Below, piece by piece: positions 26,541 through 40,290 of a DNA stretch of 64,000 nucleotides (position 1 is the stretch's first letter; each line of letters starts with the position of its first letter). Location of the stretch: the NCBI GenBank assembly GCA_951406725.2, contig OX597826.1:36208001-36272000 (forward strand), written 5' to 3'. The translations under genes were made by a program, and so were the position numbers. This stretch comes from Octopus vulgaris (taxonomy: Eukaryota). The notes beneath the pieces were generated by a model, which did not search any database, was not told where the DNA came from, and saw nothing but the letters and a program-made list of their open reading frames with translations.

Positions 26541-26675
26541 CGGGGTGGTTGGCATTAGGAAGGGCATCCAGCCGTAGAAACATTGCCAGATCAGACTGGG
26601 CCTGGTGCAGCCTTCTGGCTTCCCAGACCCTAGTTGAACCATCTAACCCATGCTAGCATGGAAAGCGGACGCTAA

Positions 26676-26705
<30 letters not shown>
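26541..26705 (+). mobile_element. SINE-like family C 3' part
   Basis: tggttggcattaggaagggcatccagccgtagaaa...catggaaagcggacgctaaa(tga)n. Confidence 0.85.
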
Positions 26706-26707
<2 letters not shown>

Positions 26708-27824
26708 ACATATTATTGAAGCTACCTGTTTTAATAATTGTATTTGCTAAGTAATTCAAGATGAAAATTTTAGTCACAAAATCGGTTCTCATTCTGAATA
26801 TATCAGGAGCTGTAGAGTACATGATTTTGAGGATTAGGGCTCATTCATCCGTGTAAACCTTTCATAAGCAAAAAAATTTTTTTTAAATAATAATTAGTGT
26901 ATGTTGTACAATAGGATGAAAGGCCTAACAGATCACTTACCTCGGTAGAATCTAATTAGCTCATGCTGGTAGTAAAAGGTTCATCATAATTCCTTTTTAT
27001 CCAGCAAGTTTTTTCTGCCATGAAGAATAATTGGTTGACATAGTGGAAGGTGAATGCCCTATGACATGAAAGTCTTGAACTCTTTTAGGCTATGAAATTC
27101 AGCAGTAAAATGTATACAAAGTGTTCATTGGAATAAAAATTCCTTTATAACTGTAAACAGAAAATAAAAAATATATATTCTAATATAACAACAGTTTTCT
27201 TTGGGTATTATGATACTTTGCCTGCAAAGTTAAGGTGAACGTTCTATTAGAATAATCATAAAACTCCAAAATGCTTAATCATTTGTGCTAATTAATTAGG
27301 CAAGAATCTTTCCATCATGTAGAGGAAGACACACAAATCTTCCAGAAGAATGGTGTAAGCAGTCTGCATCTTGTAAATGGAATTTGTACATTTTTCACTA
27401 TTTATGATACCTAAAAAGACTTTAGAACACAATAGATTTTCCAACTATCCAAAAAAATATCGTAGACAATCTTGTTAATAATATGTCATTATATTATTCT
27501 ACTTCCTTTTGAATATGCTATATATATATGTATGTATGTATGTGTGTGTGTATATATATATGTATAGGAAGAGAGAGAGGGAGAGAGAAAGAGATAGGGT
27601 GGTGTTACACAAGAGTATGTTTATAATCTAGATGGGTAATGAAGTGAAGTCAACACAAAGATGCAAGTAGGTTATAATTTTTATTTTTAGTTGAAAATTC
27701 ATACATTTTGTCTGCTAGGTTCACATTGTACTGATTCTCCAACAATCGCTGAATGTCAGCTTCATATAATATAATACACACACACACACATAAGACATAT
27801 AAATATATTTACCTATATATATGC

Positions 27825-27872
<48 letters not shown>

Positions 27873-28989
27873 ATGTATATGTATATATATATATATATGT
27901 ATATATATGAATATGTATATATATGTATATGTATATATATATGTGTGTGTGTATATATATATGTGTGTGTGTGTATTCCTGCTGAATTTTTCAAAAAAAT
28001 TTGTTACAGAAAAATTGTTTTTTTTTTGTCGTATTGATTTATCTTTTAAAAATTTTATCTCTGTTATTTTCAATAATTTCCTACCAATTGTCAAACTCTA
28101 GATAATGCTCCAAGTATTTCTTTTTCTTCAAACTTTTCCTTTTATCATTTCAATCACACATTTATTTCTGGTTGTTTTTTTAACTTGCTTCTTTTTTTAT
28201 TCTTCAGCAGAATGTGTCATTGAACCAAGCTAATATTAATTTATTTACAAAACTATAGTAATCGCTTTTCTGAATTTTCTTTTAGCTAACTCTCTTTTTA
28301 ATTTTGCTCACTTTATACTCCGTATTCTTCCAATAATACTAGGTCTATTAAGAATTTGTTGATTCCCTACAAAAAGTTTATTTTCCAATTATAAGCAGAC
28401 GATCAACTCATGACCAGTTTTCTAAATTCAACATCTGCTATTTTGTTAAGAAATCAACATTTCTTGAGATTCTTTTGATCTTCAATGTTCTTAATTAAAA
28501 TTATATCGGTAAATGATTGACTCAACTTCTGTGACAGCAAACATCTCTTTGACACTACTGTAAAATTAAAACAAACTTTCGCCTGTTTTTACAGAACATT
28601 CTTCATCACACTTGACTGGTGTTTCTTCTCTTGCTAATTGACAGGTTTTGGCTTTGGCAAAAACTATTCCTTTAGAGCTTTAGTTGTGAAGAGCAGGCCA
28701 CACCCAAAAGTTTTCTTTACCATTGTGAGAATTACTCAGTGTTTGCAAGCATATCTGAACATTGCACAAAACAGCTACCATTCTTGCAACAATTTATGAA
28801 AGAGACACTGTGGACTGCTAATGCCAATATCATTTTGTACCTGTCCTAATTATGACTTCATTTTAGGAACTAAACGTTAGACAGAGTGGTGTTTGAAGAC
28901 AAATCAAGACATTATCGTCAATGTGTTAATATATTATTTCTGACATTAACCCTTTTGACACCAACCCAGCTGAAACCACCATATATATA

Positions 28990-29285
28990 TGGCACTCCGC
29001 TGGTTATGACAATGAAGGTTCCAGTTGATCCAATCAACGGAACAGCCTGCTCATGAAATTAATGTGCAAGTGGTGGAGCATTTCACAGACACATGTATCC
29101 TTAATGTAATTCTCAGAGGAGCTTCAGCATGACACAATGTGTGACAAGGCTGGCCCCTTTGAAATACAGGTACAACAGAATCAGGAAGAAAGAGTGAGAG
29201 AAAGTTGTGGTGAATGAGTAGAGCAGGATTCGCCACCATCCCCTACCGGAGCCTCGTGGAGCTTTGGGTGCTTTCACTCAATAAA
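28990..29285. mobile_element. Interspersed repeat (SINE-like) inserted after the start of a piggyBac-type MITE end
   Basis: Preceded by ttaacccttttgacaccaaccc (~28946), which matches the reverse complement of the 54.4 kb MITE end; GC-richer body. Confidence 0.5.
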
Positions 29286-29304
29286 TACATATACACACAC
29301 ATTT

Positions 29305-29460
29305 AACTTTAGTTCCCATCTGGCAAATAAATCCACACGCAAAGCATTGGTCAGCCCAGAGCTAAAGTAGAAGACACTTGTCTAAGGTGCTACACAGTGG
29401 GATTGAAACTGGAACCATGTGGTTGGGAGGAAAACTTCTTGCCACAGAGCCATGCCAGCA
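29305..29460 (-). mobile_element. SINE family A 5' half
   Basis: gtagaagacacttg...ggaaccatgtggttggg... Confidence 0.75.
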
Positions 29461-30255
29461 CTTGCCTTGGTATCTCATATCATGGTGAATAAACGCAACA
29501 CAGTTTTTGCTGATTAAATACGATGACGCCAACGTCTTCGGTTATATGATGAGAATTGTAACACATTCTGAGAAAGCAGCAACTATATTACATCTGAAGA
29601 TATATATTGATTCTTTCAGAATTGTGAAGAATTGATTGTTTCAGCATATTGGAGCTGCATGGAGAAATTTCTTCCATTGTTCACTATATTCATACTTTGG
29701 TAAAAGAAATATCTTGGCGTAATTTTATTCTATATTTAGTTTTAATTGCAGTACCAAGCTGCACTGAAAACCAATTTCAATTTGAACATTGGAAAACTTT
29801 AATGAATAACGTAAAGAAATTTTTGGTAAATAATTGCTAATTTTTTGTTAATATGCATTATTAATCTTAGATGTCGTGATATAATGCAACAGAAGCACAA
29901 ATATTGTATTCATATAAGAATGCATGCAATAAATGAATGCGTCTAATGTAATGGTTACATACATAGATATATACATATAGATGCAGTCATATGCACACAC
30001 AAATATACACACACATACATATATGCACGCATACACACACACACACATACATGCATATATATATATATGCATACAAATGAGTGAACAAATGTAAGAAAGT
30101 AGCACTCAATACATTTCTTTGAGTTGCATGTTCATGACAACAGTTTGATTCAACTCCATATACTCCATAATATAAAGTTCCATGAGCGTCAGAAAAATTC
30201 ACAGCACCAGATATTCAAAGACAGACTGGAGACAATTAGAAAGAAATTTTGTACA

Positions 30256-30380
<125 letters not shown>

Positions 30381-30401
30381 TATGTGTGTGTGTACACACA
30401 A

Positions 30402-30729
30402 AAGGTAAAAGGGAACAGCCCGTCTTTGGTGATGAATAACCATGGGATTGCAGCTAGAAAGTAACCCTCCGAGGTACATGTCCAGGTAAGGTTGTTTATG
30501 GAAGTCCAGGAGTTGCCAATTCATACCAATCTCCCATCTCTCATCTCCATGCCACAAATGTTGTCCAAAGGAATGGCAAAGGAGACGATACAGCTTGGCA
30601 CCAGTGATGTCACAACTCATTTCTACAGCTGAGTGAACTGGAGCAACACAACACACAACATGGTCTGCGAATTGGATGAACTTCCTCATGATTCTGAGCC
30701 TAACACTTTAACCAGTGCATCATGCCTTC
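30402..30729 (-). mobile_element. SINE family D-related copy with a different tail
   Basis: cagctgagtgaactggagcaac core and eroded tRNA-like head. Confidence 0.6.
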
Positions 30730-30814
30730 AGATGAAGACACATGTACACACACACACACACATACGTACATATATGTTATATATATATATAGATGTATGT
30801 ATGTATGTATGTAT

Positions 30815-31023
30815 ATTCTTTTCTACTCTAGACACAAGGCCCAAAATATTTGAGGAGGTGGGGGCAGTCGATTAGATTGACCCCTAGTACTTAATTTATT
30901 GATGCTGAAAGCATCAAAGGCAAAACTGATCTCAGCAGAATTTGAACTCAGAACGTAAAGACAGACGAAATACTGCTAAGCATTTCGCCAGGCATGCAAA
31001 CATTTCTGCCAGCTCGCTGCCTT
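30815..31023 (-). mobile_element. SINE family B copy
   Basis: agaatttgaactcagaacgtaaag...tctgccagctcgctgcc. Confidence 0.82.
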
Positions 31024-31138
31024 AATATGTATGTATATTATGTGCATATGTGTGTATATGTATGTGTTTACATATATATATGTGTATATATGCATTTATC
31101 TATCTATCTGTATCTATATCTATCTATCTATCTATCTA

Positions 31139-31173
<35 letters not shown>

Positions 31174-34100
31174 CTAATGGTGTAGCTAATATTATATCTC
31201 ACATTGTATAACACACCATATACAGCATATTATATTTCCATTTACTTTCACTTATTTCTCTTACGGGACACCTAATATTATATTTCCCAAATACATTTTA
31301 TATTCTAACTTCTAAGTCTCATAGTATACGACTTAGTGCAAACCTAATTGCATAATAGTAGATTCAATACATTATATTGTCTGGTGGTTGAAGAAATAAC
31401 TGTCATATATTCAATACTTTATGTTTAGGAATAGAAAATCCTGCGAAGATTTCTATAAATTATTCGCTTTTGTGTGTTTTTCTTTTTTTAGTACAAAAGC
31501 AAACTGAATATTTTCTGCAATGCAACAGAAATGCTTAAAACTAAAACTGACTTCAAGTCCATCTTACATTTCTTTGCAGAAGCCAAGAAATACGCAATCA
31601 TTATAGCCATCTCAACTGCACACAATTAGTTTTGGGTGTTCATCCAATAGATTTTGTGATATTGGAGGGAAAAGAATTAAGGATTTAATGATGAAGAATC
31701 TGCAAGATAGCCAGATTCCAATAAAATGCCCTGAATATTAATTGGCATTTATTTAAAACTGTGAGTTCCCTCAGGTCAATATATTATTAAGACATCAATT
31801 ACTATATAATTATTTTCAAACCAAAGTATCCATTGTAATGTCATAGTTCCCCAGTTCTTCTAAGAAGGGATGGAATCTATGTCTCAATAGAAGTAAGAGT
31901 TGAAAGTAACTGAATGACCTTGAGTACCAGGTCAGAGGTCAGCAGGCATTCTGGTTAATTACTAAGTCTTATTTTGTAACTAATTATAATATATGATTTG
32001 GTATACATCTCTGAGATTATTTCAGGAATTACTATTATGTGAAAAGAAGAGAACTTGATTGTTTTATAATCAACTCTTGGTTAGTACCCAAAGAACGAAG
32101 TGCTAGACACATACAAGCACCTGTACACACACACACACAAATACATAAATGTATATATAGGTATATGTATATCATCATCATCCTTATTATCATCACTTTC
32201 ATCCTCATCTTCATCATAGTCATCGTCATCATCATCATCATCATCATCCTCCTCCTCATCATCATCATCATCATCATCATTATCATCATCATTATCATCA
32301 CCGTTATCTTCATTATAATGATCAGTGCCATTGACATCCTCATCATGATCATTGCCATCATCATCATCATCATCATCATCAGTAGCAGCAGCAGCATTGT
32401 TGCTGTCATCACCATCTTCTTCAGGCTCTTGTTGGCTGATTTGGTCATAGGACCACATCTCATCTGTGTCATTTTGTTAGGTTTGGTTTAGTCATTAAGG
32501 CTGGTATTCAGTGAGAGGGTAATGTACTCCTTAATTTCTACCAGTCTCAGAGACCCTGAAAAGGGTCAGATAAATTAAGTTTGAGTAGAGAGGGAGACAT
32601 CTTTATGTTTGGAGATGAGTGGGGATTTACATATGTAGAAAGAGGCCAAAGATAAATAGATTCCTTGTTGTAGAGAAGTTACATGGCTACTCTCTTTATT
32701 AGAAGAAAAGGTGGAAATGATCGGGTTTGAGCTGGAAAGAGAGATAAGACAGTAGCGAAGGGGTTTCAAGGTGGACCTTCAAGGTAGAAGTTAAGTAGAA
32801 TTGAGAGGGGACAGAACATGGAATATGGGTGGGTAGATGTTGCAAGACTATATGGAGAGAGTGGGGAATGGTGAATAGGTGATAAGCAAATACAATGAAT
32901 AAATTACAAGGGCTGAAGCATGGAATGGAAGATAGGGGACAAAGAAGAAAACGCAAAATGTGGTTGAAGTGGGCAAAGTAAAATTTTTTGCTATCTCAAA
33001 CTGTTTTTTTTTTTAGATACTTTGAACTATGAAAGGAAATGTTGAAATATAGAAACCACAAGTTGGTATCTTGACTGCTGAGCCTTCTTTTATGGAACCA
33101 GGCGTAAAAGGTGTTAAAGTAATAAAAAGAAAAAGGTGAATATAGAGAATGTATATTCTAATTCATCCAATATGAATCTGCAACCAGAAATCCTTATCTG
33201 TACCCAAGAAGAATATACTAAAACAGGCTTACAAAACTTGTTTATCGTAACAACATTAACTGTGACTACACAAAGAATTTTTTTGCAATGCAGAATTGAT
33301 CTGAAAGTAATTTACCTGCATGTAAGAAATTCCATTCTTTTTCTTTTCTTTACTACGAAGCAGTTAATGATTTAGGATAAAAAGAATTAAAGAGGGAAAT
33401 AGATTTTTAGATGATGAACTATTTTCTCCCTTTTTAAGAAACTTCATAGAATGTTGAATTTAACAGAATGTGATATATGTCGAGAAATACTATGCTGATG
33501 ATTGGAAAGAAGAGAGAAATGGTACTAAACATGTCTATCAGTGACTAAATTTATTTTATTTTATGTAAGAAAAAAGAAATTAAAAATAAAATATACATCT
33601 TTTTTGATAATGGTTAAATCACCACCAGAAGCAAATGAAAGAAAAAGTAGTTTTAAACCAACACTTCTGTAGTGTGATTGATATTTTGAAGGCAAAGAGA
33701 ATCTATTTTGTGACCATTTGCCAGAAGTTTGCAATACCAGAAAGCTTTCATGCTGAATAATCAATCATTGAACGATATGTTTGGAAACTTCTGCCCCCTA
33801 ACAGTGGACAAAGACCACTGAAATATATTAATGTTGCTGTCAGAGACACATAACATGGAATTAAAAAATCTACCAAGCTAATAGGGAAAGATATTCCTGG
33901 TACAATACTGTGAGACACAACTTGGTTGCAGAAGAAGCAGTGGTTACCATAAATTCTATGAACAATTCGTGATAGATGGCCTAAAAACAGAAACAGAAAC
34001 TATCGACTAAAAGTCATAAAACTTAACATTTTTTTACATATTGAAATTGTATCTGCTCATACTTTATCTAATTAAACTTAAAAATTATATAAATTGACAA

Positions 34101-34383
34101 TTTTCGATATTGAAATAGATGTCTGTACATACCTTATTTATTTAAATCTACTCAAACATAATCAAATTTTAATATTCTTCATTTGTAGCTCATTAAAATT
34201 ATAAATTGCTAGTTGATGTACAGATAAATTTGATTAGTGTTGTATTACAGAATGTTAGAAAAAATTTCCATACCAGACTTTAAAATTTTTTCTCAGCTGT
34301 TGTAGCTTTTTGAGTTACAGCTATTCAAATTACTATATATTATACACAACTATATAACATAATACATATATGTGTGTGTGTGA

Positions 34384-34441
<58 letters not shown>

Positions 34442-35022
34442 GTATGCATACATGTACATATAAATATCTATGTATATATGTATCTAATGTGTGTATGTGT
34501 GTATACATATGTATGTGTAAGTGTATAAAATATACACACACACATTCACATATATAAAGACACAGAAACACACACATATATCTATATAACATAGTACATA
34601 TGTGTGTGTATATAAATATATGCATACATGTACATATACATATTTATGTATATATATATATGAATCTATGTGTGTGTATGTGTGTATAAATATGTATGTG
34701 TAAGTGTGTAAAATATATACACACATTCATATATATATATATATATAAAGATACAAAAACACACATATATAGATATATGTATATAAGGCAGGCTTGTATG
34801 TGTATATGTAATACATGTAAGCATATATGTAATATATATCTATGTGTGTATGGATGTAAGCATGTATATATGCAAACATATATGTGTGCGTAAGGATGCA
34901 TTTCAGATACTGATGTTACTATACATGTATCTGCACTTCTGTGTATATATCTGTGTATATATTGATATGTGTAGGTGTGTCTGTGCTTTCATGCATGCAT
35001 ATGCAAACACACACACACGCAT

Positions 35023-35054
<32 letters not shown>

Positions 35055-35335
35055 AAAGGCTATAGTGACTCTTCGTCAGTTGGAATGAAAGAGATAGAAA
35101 TAAGTCTTCAATGCTGAATTATTAAACAATAAAAATGATGAGTTTTAATGAAGAAAAATACTGAAAGACATTAAAAGAATAAAAAAAGAAGAATTTCTTC
35201 CCATTTTCTGCCAGACTTTTTACTTTTCTTATGGTATTCATTTTCATATTTTCTTTCAAGATTATTTATTCAGAAGTAAGGCAAACACTGCTAATGTCAC
35301 TACTACTACTACTACTTATGACAATAATAATAATG

Positions 35336-35376
<41 letters not shown>

Positions 35377-35377
35377 T

Positions 35378-35955
35378 AATTCGTTTATTGGCCACAAGGG
35401 CTCACATAAAATTACATTAAAAGACATACAACAACCTAAAAGACAAAAACAGACCATATAAAGGGTTTTACAATGTATAAACAATATAAATAACAATTAT
35501 GAATTAAACAAATTAAAACTTCTAATAAGGGAGTCACTTTAAGGACCTTGTGGAAAAAAAACACAAAAGCCATAGGTGCCTGAACAACAGAGCAAGCACC
35601 CTTATTTTGTTTACAGGTGCATGCTCAGATTTGGTCCTTTCACATTGGCCATTCTTCCAACATTCACCCACCTTTCAGCAAACTTGCTACAAGGCAACAC
35701 TTCCCTCTCCATCCTTAACTTCTTTTTTAAGAGAAACTTGAAGAAGTTGTGGAGGGCTTGGCCAAAGAGGAAAGTGTATGTCTTTAGCCCTTTCAAATGG
35801 GTCCACTTCTTTTGCTACAGCCACTAGACAAATAAAAATTGCCTTTCCTCTTGGCCAAAAGAAGGCAGCAGGGCAATCTTCACAATGGATTCAGCTGATA
35901 GCTGGATCCGTCCCACATGTGACAGCAGGTGTTCGACATAAACCCACAGGTCAGC

Positions 35956-35957
<2 letters not shown>
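35378..35957 (-). mobile_element. L1/Tx1-clade LINE, 5'-truncated 3' fragment inside a (TAA)n array
   Basis: IADLWVYVEHLLS...AIFICLVAVAKEV...FFKF-LKKKLRMERE...FAERW* followed by a 3' UTR with AATAAA; TAA arrays on both sides. Confidence 0.72.
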
Positions 35958-36018
<61 letters not shown>

Positions 36019-36046
36019 GATGATAATAATAATGATGGTAATGATA

Positions 36047-36254
36047 ATCCTTTCTATAACAAGGTCTGAAATTTGAGAAAGGAGTATAATCGATTACATC
36101 AACCCCAGCCTGTAATTGGTACTTAATTTATTGACCCTGAAAGGATGAAAGGCAAAACTGACTTTGGCAGAATTTGAACTCAGAATGTAGCAGCAGGCAA
36201 AATACTTCTAAGCATTTTGCCCAGCATTGTAATGATTCTGCCAGCTTGCTGTCT
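36047..36254 (-). mobile_element. SINE family B copy
   Basis: ggtacttaatttattgaccctgaaaggatgaaaggc... Confidence 0.82.
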
Positions 36255-36268
36255 TAGTAATAATAATG

Positions 36269-36374
<106 letters not shown>

Positions 36375-37397
36375 CAATAATAATCCTTTTTCCTAATGGC
36401 ACAGGGCCTGAAGTTTTGAAGCAGGACAACAGTCAAAAACATCAACCTTAATGGTCGATTGGCTTATAAAAAAATGAAGTCTTAGAGTCAATTTATTTGA
36501 AAAAAGTTTTCAAGGTGCTGCCCCAGCATGGCCACAATATACTGACTGAAGCAAGTAAAAGATAAAAGACACACCACACAAATATACACACCACAATTTT
36601 TCGGTTGCCCTGTTGCCAGCTCTCATTATTAACACAGCAGGATGAAACCCCTGCCCCCACTGATTCCAAAGCAAGAGTCTTAATCACAGAGCCATGATTG
36701 CACTGATAATAATATTAATCAAAAACTGAAAATGTCTGTAGAATTTGGAATCAATAAAAGAGAACATTGCAATTATCTTGCAGCTATGTCTCAAAATTAA
36801 TCTCACATTTACAGCTGCCATGAAAATTATATATTCTTACAGGAACCTCCCTAACCATTTTTTCTTCCCCTTTGTTCACCAAATTTTAATAAGTTAATGA
36901 AGAATTGCGTAACAAGTTTCTGTATTTCTTTGGGGCCCAGATCAGTATTGAAAGAGAGAGATTCCAGCTTAAGATGATGCGTTTATTAAACATGTGTTAT
37001 TTTGTCTTTGTAGATAATGCTTTTGTTTTCTAGTCTTTTTACAGGTGTAGTGGTTCTTTACCATTTTGATATCAACTCACTTGAGACTGTCCCTGGTTCT
37101 GAGACAAAAATGTTCCTCTTCTGAATTGATCTACCTTAAAAGCTTCGATCACATTTTCATCTTTTTACCTCTTTTATCAAGTCACTTGTTTTGGTTATTG
37201 GACTGAGGCCATCCTGGGGCACTGCTTTGAAGAATTTTTAGTTGAATGATTTGACGTCTGTACATGTTTTTTTTTTTAAGCCTGGTATTTATTCCATCAG
37301 TCTCTTTGCCGAAGTACTAAGTTACAAGCAGTGGTTGAGGACATACACACATACACATATGCATGCACGTACATACACACACATGTATATTTATATA

Positions 37398-37614
37398 CAA
37401 GGGGGTGCTGAAAAGTTTCTGGAATTAAGGGTACCATGAAAGGCCTGGCAGGAGGCCCAACCTTCTGAGTTATTTTATAGGGCTTAAAAAAACTGAAGGA
37501 ACACTGCAATAAGTTTGTGAATCTGAGAGGGGAATATGTTGAATAAAATCATAATTAACTGATCCTCCTGTATTTTGTTTTATCCAAAGCCAGGAACTTT
37601 TTAGCACCCCTTCA
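37398..37614 (+). mobile_element. Non-autonomous mariner derivative (MITE)
   Basis: TIRs caagggggtgctgaaaagtttctgg / ccaggaactttttagcaccccttc; retains the transposase end KKLKEHCNKFVNLRGEYVE*. Confidence 0.85.
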
Positions 37615-38018
37615 TGTGTGTGTGTGTATACAATATGTGTACATGTGTATGTATGAATGTATGTATACCTGAGGACGTGGAATACCTGGGTTGGTGTCCA
37701 GGTGTGCAGTTGGCCTACTGTGAGTGGGAGGCCCGTCTGTTGTTCCAACATCTCTCTAGGAGAGGGGAAACTCTGAGAGAAAACCAGCAACACTGACAAT
37801 ATTCGATGATGTAGACTAGTTCTTCATTTCGAGTTTATGTTGTCCTTGTTCAGAGAATGGAATTGAATTTGCACAAATCCTTTTCCCTATTAGAAAAAAG
37901 CATCAAGTGCAGGTACCACTCGGGAAAAAAGACCTGCCACAAAAATGGCTGGTCATAGCCTTCATATATGTGTGGGACTTTTGATCAGGAAATGGCAATA
38001 CTCAAACACAAGTTTGCA

Positions 38019-38052
<34 letters not shown>

Positions 38053-38057
<5 letters not shown>

Positions 38058-38280
38058 TAAAAATGGTAAGATGACAAAAGAAAGAAAGAGACCTCAATAT
38101 TATGTAAATAGAGGAATTTATCTGTAAATATAATATGTGACAATTATTCGGTAGCCAAGATAAAACTTGATGCCGAGGTGGAAATCCACGCCACCATCTC
38201 TTCAGTTCTGAAGAGATAAAACTCTGAGTTTCAGATGCCAAGGTGGAAATCCACACCACCATCTCTTCAATTCTGAGAAT
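38053..38280 (-). mobile_element. Penelope-type terminal fragment with tandem hammerhead-like units
   Basis: Two ~60-bp units: (c/t)TGAAGA gatg...catc tGAAActcagagTT. Confidence 0.62.
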
Positions 38281-39228
38281 ATAAAAATCCATAGCAAATA
38301 CCAGAAGGTACTTTGTGCAACAGTCTTACAATTCTCACTGCTCAAGGCTGACAATTTATTTTCTACATCACTGAAACTGAAAGGTAATGTTGACCTTGGA
38401 CAGATTTGAACTCAGTACATAAGGATCTAGAATAACACCACAAGGTATTGGGCCCAACACTCTCTCAGTTCTGCCAATGCACTGTTCTAAACAGGTAGGT
38501 TACTTTCCCAGCCCCAGAAGAATGACATGTAAAAGTGACTAATCATAGTAGGATTTGAACACAGAATGTAAAGGTCCAGAAATAATACTTTAAGACACTT
38601 TGTTCAACATCTTACCAATTCTACCAAATTACTGCTTATTCAAAGCTATAACCCAAGAGAATTGGTTGAATAATTAACAAAAAAAAAAGAGAAAAAAAAA
38701 ATACCGACAATTACAATAACAAGAAAAACAATTACAATTTTTTTAGCCTCCATCCAAATCTCATTATAGTGCAAGATATGCAAATGAGCTGTGACAAGGT
38801 ATGATTCATTACAAAATATATTTGCACATAATTAAAATTTAAACAGATCTGCTGGCTAATGACGGAATACGTTATGGGTTAGACCAATTTTTGGAATATA
38901 GTTTGGTCAAATGATTAATTATTTCTTAATCTGATGTCGGAACGAGATATCGTTAGTGTCACTGGTGCAGTAATAGAGTGAGATGGGGATGGGTGGGTTA
39001 GTTTTTGTGGGGTTTTTCTTTTTTCATTTTGATTTCTTTAATTAATGGGTAATCAATATGTTAATTGGTTAGAAATATTAATGGAAATTAGAAATATGAT
39101 TACACAACATAAGAAAATAAAGATCACCAACAGTAGCAACAGTAGTAGTAGCAGTAGCAGCAGCAGCAGTAATAGTTGTGGTGGTGGTGGTGGTGGTGGG
39201 GAGGTAGTAGGTGACAGTAGCAGTAATA

Positions 39229-39447
39229 ATATTGATTTCAAATTTGGAACAATGCCAGCAACTTTAGGGAAGTGGTGTCAGTCGATTACATCAACCCCAG
39301 TGTTTAACTGGTACTTAATTTATCGACCCCAAATGGATGAATGGAAAAGTTGACCTTGGCAGAATTTGAACTCAGAACATAAAGGTGGACAAAATACCAC
39401 TAAGCATTTTGCCCAGCATGCTACTGATTCCACCAGCTCACTGCCTT
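39229..39447 (-). mobile_element. SINE family B copy
   Basis: gtcgattacatcaaccccagtgtttaactggtac... Confidence 0.82.
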
Positions 39448-39555
39448 CGTAGTAGAAGTATGAGTAATATTGATGATGGTGGTGATGTTGGTCATTATGG
39501 CAGTGGTGGTGGTGCAGCTGTAATAGTGGTGGTAATATCAACTCCAAAAATAATG

Positions 39556-39790
39556 ACAGCTGGAAGGGCATCCACCTGTAAAGACCTTGCCATAACTGAC
39601 CATGCCTGGGCTTGTGCTATGTAAAAAAAGCACTAAGTCCACTCTGCTGAGTGGTTGGTGTTAGGAAGGGCATCCAGCTGTAAAATTCCTGCCAGAAGTC
39701 TGGTGCAGGCTTCTACCTAGCTGGCTCTTGTCAAATCCCACCCCATGCTAACATGGAAGGCGGACATTAAATAATGATGGTGATGATGAT
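39556..39790 (+). mobile_element. SINE-like family C copy
   Basis: gtggttggtgttaggaagggcatccagctgtaaaa...catggaaggcggacattaaa + (GAT)n. Confidence 0.75.
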
Positions 39791-40290
39791 GATGACGATG
39801 AAGAAGGAAACTTTTATAAGTATCAACAACTCCCAACTAATTTCCACAAATCAAAAATCAAAACATTTTCTTTTAAACAAAACAAGAAAATACCAATATT
39901 CCAAATGGAGTACAATTAGCATTTAAGATGTTTCTGGCAAAAAAATTCCTCAGCTTTTAATTTAGTTGCAGCAGCAAATGAACAGGTGGCTCTGATGCCT
40001 GTACAACTTATACAGAAAGGGGGTGGGTTGCATTGTTTATCCAGTGTTCCATAATTGGTAAAATATTGGCTCTGCAACCTCTTCAGAATTATTCTATGAC
40101 CATATTTCAGTCACAATTCATAGGTTGGAATCTGTTACTCAATCTATTCACAATCACCTCCCAAAATTGGTAACCAGCGCTTAATTATATATTTCCATGC
40201 AGAAGACACCAGTTGGTAAATTTTCCAATACCATTATTTGAAATTATTTAATCATTTAATTATTTTTAAGAGTAAAACTAAATATTATTC

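Noticed and set aside
32540-32975. Purine-rich block (similar one at 59895-60150) as a Penelope GIY-YIG remnant
   Set aside because: Only scattered weak motif resemblance with wrong spacing.
37665-38005. RTE 5'-UTR-like motif ctaggagaggggaaactctgagagaaaacc
   Set aside because: A single short motif; element boundaries could not be defined.
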